Numbered from the stretch's first letter, positions 36,249 through 57,368 are shown. The stretch is 64,000 nucleotides of DNA from Phaeosaccion multiseriatum (GCA_965112735.1 OZ218956.1:3348001-3412000); one strand, 5' to 3'. Translations and numbers: made by a program. The notes: generated by a model not told the origin, from the letters alone.

Positions 36249-39200
36249 TCACCATCCGTGGTCATCCGGAATGGTGCTCTCCCGCACGCGACTGCTGCTC
36301 GACTTGCCTTGCTCCTCTCTCATACGCTTGCCGTTGCCCCTCCCTGCCCCTGCCCCTCCCGCCCTGCTGCGCTGCGGGGAGGGCGATAGAGATGCATCCT
36401 GATGAAAGTTTCCATCTCCGTCCAGGTCCTCAAAGCTCATGCCGGTGGGGTAGCTGCCGCCCATGCTGCTGCTGCCGTCGACGCTGTCCCTGTGTCTCCT
36501 CCTGTGGTCCCTTCCCATGCCCATTCCCATGCCGCTGCTGTTGCTGTTGTTACCGATGCTGCCTACCCCATAGGGGGAGGGACTCACTGACATGATGGAC
36601 ATGGCCGAGCTGAGATGGGATGTGGCGAGGCGATGACTCTGACTGAGACTGCTGCCCATGGCGCTACTGCCCCCCTCCACAGACGACGACGGCGCCGCTC
36701 CTCGTCCGCTCTCGCTCTCACTGTCACTGCTGTCGTCGCTGCTGTCACTGCCACTGTCATCCTCGCTGCCACTGCTGTCTACATCACCGCCATCATCGAA
36801 CGCTCCTCCTCCTCCTCCTCCCCCCTTCCCCTTCTCTCCTCCTCGGTCATTTACTCCCTGAGCCCCACCGCGAGGAGCCTTGCTCTTGCTCTTGCTCTTG
36901 CTCTTACTCTTGCCCCCCCCAACGGAGGCACTTGCTGACCATCGGTTGTAAATTGGATCCACAAAGCCGTGCGAGTGCCTCAGCAGATACGGGTCGAAGG
37001 GGAAGAAGCTGTCTAAAGGGTTCTCACCCTCCCCTAAGCCGCCCGCCCTTGACACAAGCGATGCACCGCCCGACAGAGACAGGCCAAAGGCCGCACCGAT
37101 GGTCACCTGAACGGCGGCCGGAGCGCTGGCTTGAGTGGCACCCCCGCCACTGCCATCCCCCTCCACCGCTCCTCCCGTCCGCGCCGCACGGAGCCGAGCC
37201 AGCACAACCGGAGGAAGATTCTCCGACGCCACAAAGTGTAAAAAACATCTTGAAAACTCCTTGCGCACAGACTCAAGGCAGAACTTGAGTGGCTGAAGCG
37301 GGCTGGCCAGTACCCGAACCCACCTCTCCCCCGCGCCCCCACTTGTCATGTGCGGTTTGAGCACCTTGCTTCGGAAGCACGTCACATAGAAGCCCGCCTG
37401 GCATACAGAGTAGAACAGCTTGTGGCATCTGTCGCCCTCTCCCCTGGCCCGGGCTGAGGGCCCGTCGGAGGAGGAGGAGGAGGAGGAGGAGGAGGAGGAG
37501 GAGGAGGAGGAGGAGGACAAACCACCACCCACTACTGCCCGTCCTCCTCCTCCTCCTCCTCCTCTTGTTGCTCCTCCTGTTCCTCCTTCTTCCCCTCCTC
37601 CTTCCGTCGGTGCTGGTGCCACAACCCCCTCGTACCAATCAAGATAGCTCTCTGCCCACGCCAAGATGCCCTCCATGCCCCCCACAAGCACCGAAGGCTC
37701 CAAGAAGGCCGCTCGTGATAGGAAGCTCGCCAGGTAGGCAACACTGCTCTGCCGAGCCACTCTGCTCGCCGCCACAGCCTTCCCACTGCCACCACCACCA
37801 CCACCACCACCACCACCACCACCACCACTACTACTACTACTACTACTCATCCCCCCGCTACTGCGGCTTCTACTGATTCCACTACTACTGGCGTAGGAAG
37901 CGGTTGGACTAAGATCGCTGCGGCTGCGACTGAGGGAAGGCCCTCCTCCTCCTGCCGCTGCTGAGGCTGCTGCTGCCGGGATGCTGCTGGCCCCGCTGGC
38001 TCCGTCTCCAATGAGGACGAGCATCTTCCTGACGAATACCTCGGCCAGCAAAGGCATCTCCCCACACGTGTAGAACAACACAAACTGTACAAACTTGCTG
38101 CGATGCGTCGTCAATATTGCCTTCTCAAAGATTGTCAAGAGGTGCTGAAACAGCCTCCGACCCCGCTGCTGTTGTTGCTCGCGCTTCTCCTCTTCTCCTG
38201 TCGTATCATCAACTGTCTGGGGCGCTGTGGAGGGCTTGACTTGTTCCTTTAAGTAAGCGAACACGACGAGCATAACGCCGTCAAGCTTCTCTGCCATCTC
38301 ATCCACCTTCTGCTCCTCTTGTCGGCCCTGCTGCCGCCGCTGCCCCCTCTTGCTACTCGCCGCCACGGAGGGGAGGAGGAGGAGGAGGAGGAGGAGGAGG
38401 AGGAGGATGGGTATGAATTAGAGGATAGACAAACACACCACACGCTGACTCTCGCCACGACACGGAGCATACCCTCGCCTCCCACCTCCACAACCGCCTC
38501 CTCCCTCTCCTCCCTCTCCTCCCTCTCCTCCCTCTCCTCCTTCTCCCCCTTCCGCCCATCCCAAGTACTCCCGTTATCCACAACCCCACTCCGCTCCCTC
38601 TCTCTCCCGCCCACCTACGCCCGCCTCCAAAACCCACCCCTCCCTCTCTTCCCCCTCTCGTTTCCTACCTACTCCTCCACCCAATCAGTGCATCGTGCCA
38701 CTCACCCGTCCTGCAGGTCCTCCTCCAGCTCGAAGATGGCGTCCTCTTCCTCCTCCTCCTCCTCTTCATCCAGCACCGCCTCCCCGCCATCTGTGATTTT
38801 GATCTCCACGTCTATCTCCAGGCACCTCTCCACAACAAGTCGGAGGACCTTCTCCTGAAGACCGGCGGTTTCAGTTCCAGTATCAGTGTCGTGTCAGTTT
38901 CAGTTTGTAAGACCGCTATACGATACGATACCAGCTACAGAGCAATTGATTGATTATGCCAATTGACAACAGTCAAGAGGTCCACTTAAAATGTCGTGTC
39001 GATTTATGTACGCCGATTCGAATAACAGTTCAAATAAACAGTGAAACTGCACTCTATGGGATAGGTTCGTCTCTTGACTCAAACCCAAACTCATACTCTG
39101 CAAACTGACCTGCAGCATCGGCACGTATGTAGTGAGGAAGAGGGCTTGACGCGCGTATCCCGCGAGTACGTGTGCGCTGAAGCGCTTGTGCGGGTAGAGC

Positions 39201-41303
39201 TCGCACAGAACGGAAAAGACCTTGCCACAGCCGCTGGGTACCAGGGTGAGCAGTGCGCCCAGGGCGTGATGGGCCTTGGCCTATGCAATGAGTGAGCGAG
39301 TTGCATAAGTTGCACATTGGCACAGAGAGTCGACACGGAGGAGGGGGAGGAGGAGGAGGAGGAGGAGGAGGAGGAGGAGGAGAAGGAGGAGGAGGAGGAG
39401 GAGGAGGAGGAGGAAGAGGAGCAGCAGCAGGGGGAGGAGGAGGAGGAGGAGGAAGAGGAGCAGGAGGAGGAGGAGGAGGAGGAGGAGGAGGAGGAGGAGG
39501 AGGAGGAGGAGGAGGAGGAGGAGGAGGAGGAGGAGGAGGAGGAGGAGGAGAGAGGAGGATGTAAGCATAATCATAACTTTTCTGTGTCAAGAGAAGAGAG
39601 GCAAAGAAGGAAGGAAGGAAGGAAGGAAGGAAGGAAGGAAGGAAGGAAGGAGGCCAGCAAGCACGCCAGCGCCCAGCGTATCACTTCCATCCCAACCGTC
39701 TCCATCTACTGCCATCCCCAGTCATATACTTCCATCCCAACCGTCTCCATCTACTGCCATCCCCAGCCCACCGCGGTCCTCAAAGAAGGCCTTCTCCCCG
39801 ACCCTCCTCCCCCTCCCCTCCCGGCGCATCCCCACGCCCCGTGCGCACCCGCGCACCCACGCACCCACACACCCACGCACCCACGCACCCACGCACGCAC
39901 GCACGCACCCACGCGCCCACGCGCCCACGCACGCACGCACGCACCTGCCGCCTGTATGCCTTGTCGTGTCCTTCGTCGCTGCCCGCCTCATCAGGGCGGA
40001 GCACCATGGCTCTTATGAGCAGGTGAATAGCAGGCACCACGTAGGTGCTGTTGGCGGACACGAGCTGCAGCACCAGGGCAGAGAAGGCCTCCGTCACCTG
40101 AGGAGGAGCAGGAGAGGAGAGAGGGAGGGAGGGAGGGAGGGGGGGGGGGTGGAGGGAGGGAAGGAGGGAGGGAGGGAGGGAGGGAGGGAGGGAGGGAGGG
40201 AGGGAGGGAGGGAGGGAGGGAGGGAGGGTGGGAGGGAGGGAGGGTGGGAGGGAGGGAGGGAGGGAAGGAGGGAGGGAGGGAGGGAGGGAGGGAGTGAGGG
40301 GGTAGATACCGAGGAGGTACAGGGTAACAAACGTCAATCGTCACGGCACAAGCAAAGCGGGTTCAAATCGAACACCACGTTGTTGTGTTGGGGGGAGGAG
40401 AAAATGACACTCCAACTGTCCCCTTCCCATTCCTCTCCCCTCCCCTTGCTCTTTTCCCCTCTCTCTCCCCTTCTCCCCCACCAACCTTGTCCGGGCTGTT
40501 CCAATCGAACTGAAAGAGGGCATTGACAAGGTCACGGTAGTCTTGGGGCCTTTCGCAGATGAGTGTTACGCTCTGAGCAAGCCCTGGAGGAGCCGTGTAG
40601 GTAGGTGGCAGGTAGCGTCCGCATCAGGAAGCAAGCCAAGTAGATCGGCATGAGAGGGGAGAGAGCGAGCGAAAAGCAGGGGAGAGAGATGAAAGAGAAG
40701 GAGGAGCGAGAGAGAGGGACGGGAGAAAGAGAGAAGGAAGAGGAAGAGAGCGCAGGAAGGGGGGTCAAAACGAGGACTGGAAACGACGCACAGTGCTGGG
40801 AAATGGGGAGGAAGGCAGAACTGGGAGAACCATCAGCAGCTGTGTAGTGCTGAGTCTTTGCAGGGCACCATCAGCAGTGCTTTGCCCTGCAGAGCAGACC
40901 TTCGACTTCATTTCTTCATCCAGGCCTCCCTCTCTTGCAGGCAGCAGCTCAATAACCTCAAAACAGAAAGGATGTGGGGGCGCACAGATCAACATGTGGC
41001 CGATTCTGATCCGATTCTCCCTTCCGCCTTGCGCCCCGTCCGTGCCCCTCTGCCCACCGTCCCACCACCTCACTCGCCTAGATATAGCTTCCATAGCATC
41101 TCCACGTCATCCCTCTTCATGAGCTGGTCCACCAGCCTGTCGTAGTAGGCCCCGTCTCCCTTGGCTTGGCCCCTGAGGGCCCGCAGGAGAAAGTCCACGA
41201 CCGCGCCGAGGTCCAGGTCCTCCACCGCGCTGCTGGGGGTGTTGCTCATCCCCCCCACACCTCTGCTCGCTACCATTGTGCTTCTGGCAGTGGCATGAGC
41301 CAT
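36249..41303 (-). CDS. RRN3: RNA polymerase I transcription initiation factor RRN3, 6 exons (41303-41078, 40583-40486, 40097-39945, 39280-39110, 38854-38706, 38355-36249)
   Basis: YPHKR, CLEIDVEI, AEKLDGVM, ILTTHRSKFVQF, AYLASFLSRA, FYSVCQAGFYVTCFR, LDSFFPFDPYLL. Confidence 0.92.
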
Positions 41304-43117
41304 CCTACTTCCTCACGCCCAAGAGAGCTCCTCTAGGTGAAGAGAAAACTTGGGGGAAGAGAGCTCCTTACCACCAGGATTTTCGTTCTCAATTTGCGCC
41401 TCTGCTCTGCTAGCTCCTTGCTGCGCAGCGCTGCTGACAGCTGCTGCAGCTCTGCTGTCGGCACTTCTTCCTCCTTTTACTCCTGGGGCATGGTGCTGTG
41501 TTGCTTTTAAGAGCAAAACGTTGCTGGTCCATCCCCGCCTTCCCCTTTGAGTAGTTTCAATTTCCGCTTTTGCTCTCCCGCACTCACGATCCACTCACGC
41601 ACTCACGCGCTCACGCGAGGGGCAGAGGGGCAGGGGTCAAGCTCGGAGGAGGCGGCGGGGGAAGAGGGGATCATCGGTATCGATCTCTGATGTGCTACCT
41701 GCTACCTGCTCCCGCCGGGGTCAGCAGGCATGCTACATGCTACCGGCCGGCTTCAGCCGACGACGTGCTACATGTGCTACCGCTGACGCCAGCCGGTGTG
41801 CGTCGGTTAGAGATATGTATGAGGAGAGAAAGGGAGTGAAAAGTTTTGCATCAGGGAAGAGGTTATCAGAGATAGTTGTGAGGATATGTGAACATACCCG
41901 AGCAAGCAAACCCAATCATGGCTGAGGATAGGAGTGTGAGCCGAGCTTTCATGTGATACAGCTGCCTGGCTGGCTGCCTGCTGGGTGTACTCTTATTACG
42001 GGGGGTTGTGGGGTGTGACGGCCCGGCGTCTGCAAGCGATAGCCACCCCCTCCAGCCTCTGCATCTACTACCGAAACTTACTCTGCTTCGCTCCCTCCCT
42101 CCTTTGGTCAAAAGTGAGACTAGAGTGACATGAGTGACTGAGTGATACGAGTGGCGCAAAGTCCGAGTGCTTCCTGACGCTTTGAAGACACACTCAGGGC
42201 ACTCGCTGGCACTCTGGTTGTGCTCGACCCTTCATAACACCACACCTAGAGCATCGAAGAGCAGAGGTCTCTGTCGTGGGTGGGGGCGGAGATAGTTGCA
42301 GCAAGGTGGGTGGGCTGGTGGAAGTCCTTCCTTCCTTCCTTTCTTCCTTCCTTCCTTCCTTCCTGGCTGCCTCTTCCTCTGTCTCTGCCTCTGCCTCGGC
42401 CTCGGTCGTTCCCATGCTGCTTCCCATGCACCCTTTGGGCCTTTGTCGCTAAGCAAATTCCAAGTCGAGCGGTGGAGGGCAGTCATGAGATCGCTTCTCC
42501 TGTTTCGATTTCCTCACGGCTCGTGTGGGGGCGCTGTCGTCTGCCTGCCCATATGCTCGTCCCCTGTACAGCCTGCATTCCCGTTGTCGCCTGGCGAGTC
42601 AGAGGTAGAGACAAGAGGGTGCCATGCTGACAGAGGCCTGGCACTGCACTGCACTGCACGGCACGGCACGGCACGGCACGGCACGGCGAAGCGTGTCCGC
42701 AGCCCGACTCGTCGCGTCTCTCGCGCTCCCCTTGTCCGCTTCGAGCCATGTGGACTAACAAGAAAACTCAGGGCGCTCAGCCACACGCACAGCCACGGCA
42801 GGACGGCAGAGGGGCGGCACCCACATAGATTGCCTGCTGTGCTGCTTTCGCTACTTCGATCCGATCCGATCCGATCCAATCCGCGCTTGGCATTTGGCAC
42901 ACGCTGAAGCACCACCATGCACACACACTTCTGTCTCCTCTTCTCCCCCCCTCTTGACTGGCCTCGCGGTAGAGGATCCAGCCAGGAGCATATGGGGAGG
43001 TGAAGCCCGTAACGGGTCTCTCTGCTCTGCCCTATCTACTCAAAGGAGGACCAGTGCCCCCAAGGAGGAAGAGGAGGAGGATTATGATGAAAAGGAGGCC
43101 AAGAGAGCTAAGAGAGA

Positions 43118-49954
<6,837 letters not shown>

Positions 49955-50332
49955 CTCTGGTGGTGCTGCCTTCCAGGCCCACCCAGCCCGTTCACTGCTG
50001 CTCTGCTGATCTTCGCATCTAGTCCGAGGCACTAGCTGCCGCTATCTCCCTGCTGCAGAGAGGAGCACGGAGAACCCAGGATATCGAACGGGAGGGGGCG
50101 AAGGAGAGAAGAACACTAGACAGTTGAAGACGGGGGAGGCGTGCAAATTCGAGGAGAGCTCTACTTCGGTTGGTATGCACACACCAAGTCCAGTGACGTC
50201 CAGTGACTGACGGCCTCTCTTAAAGGAGGAAAAGGGGAAAGGTCAAATCAGAACACCCCACCTCTGGGTGTGTAGGTGTGTAGGTGTGAGGAAAAGAAAA
50301 AAGAAAAAAATCGAATATCGACTTATTATGTC

Positions 50333-50438
50333 ACTGTGAGTGGCACGGTGTTCAAACGTAGTCAAACGTCACAAAGTAATCGTCAAAAGTTCACCGGGCG
50401 TCAAAAGTGCCACTCAATCCCCCCGCGAAATCGCAGTA
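50333..50438. mobile_element. Internally deleted copy of the MITE at 60632-60987, at the duplication junction
   Basis: ACTGTGAGTGGCAC...GGCGTCAAAAGTGCCACTCAA...CCGCGAAATCGCAGTA matches the termini of the full element. Confidence 0.7.
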
Positions 50439-50478
50439 GCTACTTTTTGGAAAAAGCTCGGCCCCTGCTGAAACCACT

Positions 50479-51010
50479 GCCCTGCCTGCAGAGCAGACCT
50501 TGGCTTCGACTTCATTCTTCATCCAGCCAGCCAGGCCTCCCTCTCTTGCAGGTAGACTAGCTAGCAGCTCCTCAGTAACCTCAAAACATAAAGGATGCGG
50601 GCCGGGCGGGGGCGCACAGATCAACAAGTGGCCGATTCTCGGTTCCGCCCGTGCGCCCCGTCCCCCGCCCTCTGCCCACCGCCCGGCCGTGCGTCCCAGC
50701 CGGCCACCAGCCACCTCCACTCGCCTGGATATAGCCTCCATAGCTAGCATCTCACGTCGTCCCTCTTCATCAGCTGGTCCACCATTGCCCAGCCAGCCTG
50801 TGACTGGTAGTAGCTAGGCCCCGTCTCCCTTGGCTTGGCTGGCCCCTGCCTGCCTGAGGGCCCGCAGGAGAAAGTCCGCGACCGCGCCGATGTCCAGCAC
50901 AGGCAGCCAGGTCCTCCACAGCGCTGCTGGGGGTGTTGCTCTTCCCTCCCACAGCCACCTCTGCTCGCTGCCATTGTGCTTGTGGCAGTAGCATGCATGA
51001 GCCAGGCCCA
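50479..51010 (-). pseudogene. RRN3: RRN3 5' fragment (exon 1 plus part of intron 1), frameshifted
   Basis: Pieces SNTPSSAVEDL, GAVADFLLRALR, AKGDGA* and VDQLMKRDDV lie in different frames. No downstream RRN3 exons follow. Confidence 0.9.
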
Positions 51011-52595
51011 TCCTCCTTCCTCACGGCCAAGAGAGCTCCTCTAGCTAGGTGAAGAGGGAAAGAGACCTCCTTACCACCAGGATTTTCGTTCTCAATTTGC
51101 GCCTCTGCGCTGCGAGCTACTCGCTACGCAGCGCTGCTGACAGCTGCTGCAGCTCTGCTGTCGGCAACTTTGGGTGCTGTGCTGCTTTCCCTGCCTTGCT
51201 TCCCCTTGAGTAGTTTTCAATTTCCGCTTTGAGCTCGCACTCACGCACTCACGCGAGGGCGAGGGGTCAAGGGGGGAGGGGGGAGGGGGACGAGAGAGAG
51301 GGGGTACCCTGCTACCTGCTACCTACTACCGCCGGGGTCAGCCGGCGTGCTACTTGCTACCTGCTGCCGCCGGGGTCAGCAGGCATGCTACATGCTACCG
51401 GCCGGCTTCAGCCGACGACGTGCTACCTGTGCTACCGCTGGCGCCAGCCGGTGTGCGTCGGTTAGAGATATGTGTGAGGAGAGAAAGGGAGCGAATAGTT
51501 TTGCACCAGGGAAGAGGTTACCAGAGATAGTTGTGAGGATATGTGGGCCACGAGGCCACCATTAGTAAGGTGATACCCCCGCGGGAGTCTTCACACCCGC
51601 AGGTTGGGGTCCTCAGAAGAGAGGCACAAACATGAGTGAGTGATACGAGTGGCGCAAAGTCCGAGTGCTTCCTGACGCTCTGCAGACACACTCAGGGGCA
51701 CTCGCTGGCACTCTCGTTGTGCTCGACCCTTCCTAACACCACACCTAGCATCGAAGAGCAGAGGTCTCTGTCGTGGGTGGGGGCGGAGATACTTGCAGCA
51801 AGGTGGGTGGGCTGGTGGAAGTCCTTCCTTCCTTCCTTCCTTCCTTCCTTCCTGGCTGCCTCTTCCTCTGTCTCTGCCTCTGCCTCTGCCTCGGCCGTTC
51901 CCATGCTGCTTCCATGCACCCTTTGGGCCTTGTCGCTAAGCAAATTCCCCAAGTCGAGCGGTGGAGGGCAGTCATGAGATCGCTTCTCCTGTTTCGATCT
52001 CCTCACGGCTCGTGTGGGGGCGCTGTCGTCTGCCTGCCCATATGCTCGTCCCCTGTACAGCCTGCATTCCCGTTGTCGCCTGGCGAGTCAGAGGTAGAGA
52101 CAAGAGGGTGCCATGCTTACAGAGGCCTGGCACTGCACGGCACTGCACGGCACTGCACGGCACGGCGAAGCGTGTCCGCAGCCCGACTCGTCGCGTCTCT
52201 CGCGCTCCCCTTGTCCGCTTCGAGCCATGTGGAGTAACAAGAAAACTCAGGGCGCTCAGCCACACGCACAACCACGGCAGGACGGCAGAGGGGCGGCACC
52301 CACATAGATTGCCTGCTGTGCTGCTTTCGCTACTTCGATCCGATCCGATCCGATCCAATCCGCGCTTGCATTTGGTACACGCTGAAGCACCACCATGCAC
52401 ACACACTTCTGTCTCCTCTTCTCCCCCCCTCTTGACTGGCCTCGCGGTAGAGGATCCAGCCAGGAGCATATGGGGAGGTGAAGCCCGTAACGGGTCTCTC
52501 TGCTCTGCCCTATCTACTCAAAGGAGGACCAGTGCCCCCAAGGAGGAAGAGGAGGAGGATTATGATGAAAAGGAGGCCAAGAGAGCTAAGAGAGA

Positions 52596-52724
52596 TCACG
52601 TGAACGTCCTCGACTCCGGCTGCTGCTCGTGCTGGTCCGACGCCGGAGTGTGATGCATGCGACCAGCCGGGCGGTGGTGGGGTCGCTGCCCAGACGCTGG
52701 ACGGTGTTGCATACTATCACCAGT

Positions 52725-52755
<31 letters not shown>

Positions 52756-53187
52756 CTGATGTGGGCGCCAGCTGCCGCAGCAGCAGCAGCAGCAGCACTG
52801 ATATTGGCCCCGGCAGCGGCAGTAGCAGCAGAAGCAGCAGTCATATGGGCCCCAGCAGCGGCAGTAGCAGCAGCAGTCATACGGGCACCAGCCGGGTTGG
52901 GGTAGAAGGGGGTTGCCCGCGCCGCAGGGGGGCCGAGATGCCGCGGGTCAGGCCAAGCCCCCCCCCCTGCGGCACCGCTCTGACGAGAGTTGTAGCTGGG
53001 GTCAGGACGGCTCCAGTCATGCCTCGCCCCCGGCCCCATTGCTCCCATCTTGCCCCCCGCGCCTCCCCATCCCATTTGAGAATGAAGTGGAGATGGGGGT
53101 TGCCGAGGCCGCCTTCCTCCCTCTCTCTCTCTCTCGCCATACTGGTGCTGCTGCTGGTGCTGCCGCTGGTGCTGCTGCTGGTGCTGC

Positions 53188-53225
<38 letters not shown>

Positions 53226-54787
53226 CTCGAAGCCGTGCTGTTCGACGCCGCCAGCATACCCGTATCCCTGTCCGTGATCATGATGTCCTCCTCCTCCTCC
53301 TCCTCCTCCTCCTCCCCCTCCTCCTCCTCCTCCTCCTCCTCCTCCTCCTCCTCCTCCTCCTCCCCCTCCCCCTCCTCCTCCTCCTCCTCTTCCTCCTCCC
53401 ACCAAATGAGGTGGAGATGGAGCCGGAGCCGTGGTGGCAGAGACAGTGGAAACCAGGGCGTTTACAGCAGCTGCTCCGGTCAACAGAAGCCCCATAGGGG
53501 GGAGAGTACGCTGGCTGCGAAAGAATGTCTCAACGGCGACAACCCCTTGGCGTTGCATCATTTTGAGCAATAGCTGGATGGACTCTTTGCAAAAGGGATC
53601 CTGACAGAAGTTGTCGGACGTGACCTGAGAGGAGGACGATGGCATGGAAGGCAAACAACACGACAAAAGCAAGGTAGGCAATAACATTGCGATGGAACAG
53701 AGCAAATGGAACAGAGCAGATGAGAAACACCACAGGTACAGGCACCGTGAGTGAAGTGAGTAAGTACGTAAGTAAGTAAGTAAGTCCCCTGGCATGCATA
53801 AGATGTGTAAGTGTGGCGTGGTACCAAGAGCAGTGCGCGGCGACAGCTCTTCTTCAAAACAATCAGCGGACCGAACTCTACTCCCTCTCCTCTCCTCTCC
53901 TCTCCTCTCCTCTCCTCTCCTCTCCAATCTCCTCCTACCTCCTCCCTCTCGTCCACATTCGCCTCTTCTATCTACTCACCTCGGACATGGGAGGCATCTG
54001 AAAGGAATCATAACGGGAGGTGCTGTTATGAACCTGTCTGAAGCGTTCGTATATATCGCTGAAGCCGCCAATCAAGGCAAAGTAAGCCAACACGTGTGTG
54101 GCGTGCCTCCACTGCGCAGGAGGGAAGGGAGGGAAGGAGGGAGGGAGGGGGCGAGGGAGGGAGGGAGAGAGAGAGGGGGCAGAGGGAGAAAGGGGGGGGG
54201 GGGGGGGGCTTGTCATAAGCCACATGGGGGGGGCATCTTAACAGAGCTGTCTGCAGCGCATAGCATCATCAGGGGGCAGCAGCGCCTTGATTCTCCATGC
54301 CACTGGCACTGCAAATTTCATTCCATTGGCAGGCATTTGCAATTCACTCTGTTGAAGAGCTCAAGTCCTCTACTTTTTAATAGGAAGTACCCCCGAAGGT
54401 TAAGGCCGCGTGTGAATTGTGATTTACGTCACCATCCACTGCCATCCACATCCACTGCCATCCACATCAACTTCCATCCACCCTCCACAGACGAGACTAC
54501 GCCCCCACGCATGATGCGAAATCTTAAACTCTAAAACTCTTACGTAAGTGCTAAGTAAGCCGTGTAAGTTACTCGTTTGTGTGTGACTCACATGTAAAGG
54601 ACGGAGGGTGCCGGGGTTGGACTCGAGCTCTTGGACGGCGTCTCGCAACAGACTCTCAGTTACTGCGAACTGTGATTGATACAGCAGCACCAGTTGGTGA
54701 TACAGCAGCACCAACAGCAACGACAGCACAACAACAACAACCACAACAACAACAGCATCAACAACGACAGCACCGACAACGACGACG

Positions 54788-54854
<67 letters not shown>

Positions 54855-57368
54855 GTGAGCAGGGTTGTTGCCTTCGACCCCTGTGCGAAAAGTTCTCTCT
54901 CACACACTCTCGGCCCGGTCGATCGACTTGAGCACTTCACGGCTGCCAGCGGGCCGACAAAAAGGGGGGGGGACCCACACTACCCCACACTCACCTCCCC
55001 CCGCAGGATGTGCCTTATTCCCAGACAAAAGGCGATCTGCGGCGAGAGTCAATGTGCATATTGCAAGCAAAGAGCAACGTAAGGGGGGGGGGCATCGTTT
55101 GAATGAAAAAGAAACTAGAGCCTGCCGCTGAGGGACGCCTCAGGCCCGTTACGAGCAAACCCTCACACTTTGCCCTGCCCAACCTCCTGGGTTTTTGCCC
55201 CATCTGTCCATACGCTTCCATCTGTCCATGCGCTTGTGCTATACTCACCTCTAAGTTCATACCGGAGCCTGGTCCTTGGGGCGCCTCTCTCACGGCCTTG
55301 CAGACCCTCTCGAGCTGAGGCCCGAGCAAGTGCAGGCCACGCACCAGTACCTCCTCGCCCGCCATCTGTTGATTTATGAATGGATGAGTGTGGCGTGATG
55401 AGACAGACAGACCCATGGAGAGTCAAGAGCAAGTCAGTCAGTCCGTCAGTCAGGTGGATACTTATCTTCCATCCTGCTCTGAAATGGAAAAGGCGTCGTC
55501 GCGGATTGCAGTCTCTGCGCGTTACATATCACTACGTACGTACCTCCCTCACGACTAACTCGTTGAGGTCGAAGAGGAGGTCGACCAACGCCTCGAAATT
55601 CGTTGGCTTACGATACAGCCTCGCGCTGGTGGGGTGCAGGCATGCCAAAGAGTGAGCACAAGATGAGGCAAGGAGGAGAGAAGAGAAGAGAAGCAAGGCC
55701 AAGCGAAGCAAAAGGGACGGCTCAGAGCAGAAGGAGGAGACGGGGGGGGAGAGCCGGGCATAGTGATTTGCTTCTGCCACGACAGAACAGAAGACATCAA
55801 CAGACACACACACCTCCTCGACACTACGGCTTGCTCCTAGCGCGTACTGCACAGCATTTCTTTCATTTGAAGCGCTCGCGGTAGAAGCTTCAGGTCTCGA
55901 TACTCGGCCTTGCATCCGACCATCGAGACCTCGATCATTGGGATACCACGAATGTCTACATAAAACTGAAACTGAAAGTCTTGCTCAATGCCTCTATCGT
56001 GCCCATATTATGCCTTGACTCACTTCTTGGGGACGGAACTGAGGGATGCGAACCCTTCCGGCTTGCCCGCATGGTAGCCGAGATACAAAGTGCGGGTTGA
56101 CGAAACCAACTCCCGCACCTTACATTTCAGTCGGTCAGCAAACGCATCACCATCAGCATCACCATCAGCATCAGGGTCAGGGTCAGGGTCACGTCAGATC
56201 GAGCAAGCAAGGACAGGGAGGGCGGAAGGGCGAAGCAAAGCAAAGCAAAGCAAGGCATGGCTGGGGCACAGAAAGGGCAAAGCAAGGCAAGTGGTAACTG
56301 AGTGAGAGTGAATGCAAAATGTTGGGCGGGCAAGACAAGATGGTAGTCAACGCGCCCGATTGGACTGGAAAGAGTGTGTACCGCCCCGCAGAACGTCGCC
56401 ACCATCAACCATCCTCCTCTGTTCTCATCGCTTCTCGGCACCCCCCCTCTCCCCTCTCCCCCCTGCTTGGACACCCCCCGCCTCCCCTCTCCTTGGACCT
56501 ATCAATCAGGTCTTGTTCTAGTTTGCATGTCCATTTTACTTACATCTTCGCCCTTCTCCTCCAGCCTCGAAAGGTTGTCTATGGAGGCCTCTAGTGAGGG
56601 AAGCACGTCCTCTACTCTCCCGACGAAGTCATTCACATAGAAGGCCAACACCTGGAGAGGAGGGAAGATATATATAAGATACATATGGAGGGAAAATATA
56701 GGCAGGCAGTGAGGCAGGCAGTCATATAGGCATGCAGGGGCAAATAGGCACAAGCACGAGTGAACGATCCGATCCTCGACACTGAATGTCGACACTGAAT
56801 GTCGCATGCAGGCACGCACGCACGCACGTACGCATGCATGCACATACGCATGCACGTCTCGCCTCCCTTCCCTCCCGTCCCCTCCTACAATCGACATGCC
56901 TATCCTCTAGTCAAAGTACCAAGTACCAAGCCATCATGGGAAGGATGTACCTGTGCCTGTATGTGATTCTTGTTGGTGGCATCGGTGCACAATGCTGCAG
57001 CCTGCATGGCCGTCTCCCTGTACCTCATCACATCACTAATAGGCATGCCTTGTACCGCCGCCCCAAGGGCAATGGTGCCCCACAGTATTGCGTAGTCCGA
57101 GCTTGCGGCCTGGGGGGCACTCATGGCCCGAGAGAACTGGTCTTCGGACTGAGCGGGGGGGGGGGGGGACAACGAGCGAAGAGGTAGGGAGGGAGGGGGG
57201 GTGGGGGCGGTCCATCATCGAGGAGAGGAGAGGAGGGAGGAGGGAGGACAGTCAGAAGGGGAAATCGAATAATGAGCCTATGAGGATAAGTACAAGACGA
57301 GAGCGTCCTTTTCGTTACGTTTGTTTGTCTGTCTGTTTGTTTGTCTGTCTGTCTGGGTGTCTGTCTTC

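Noticed and set aside
51961-52653. 230-aa plus-strand ORF overlapping the Zn2Cys6 3' end
   Set aside because: It has no recognisable domain and is frameshifted in copy A. It is probably 3' UTR antisense sequence.
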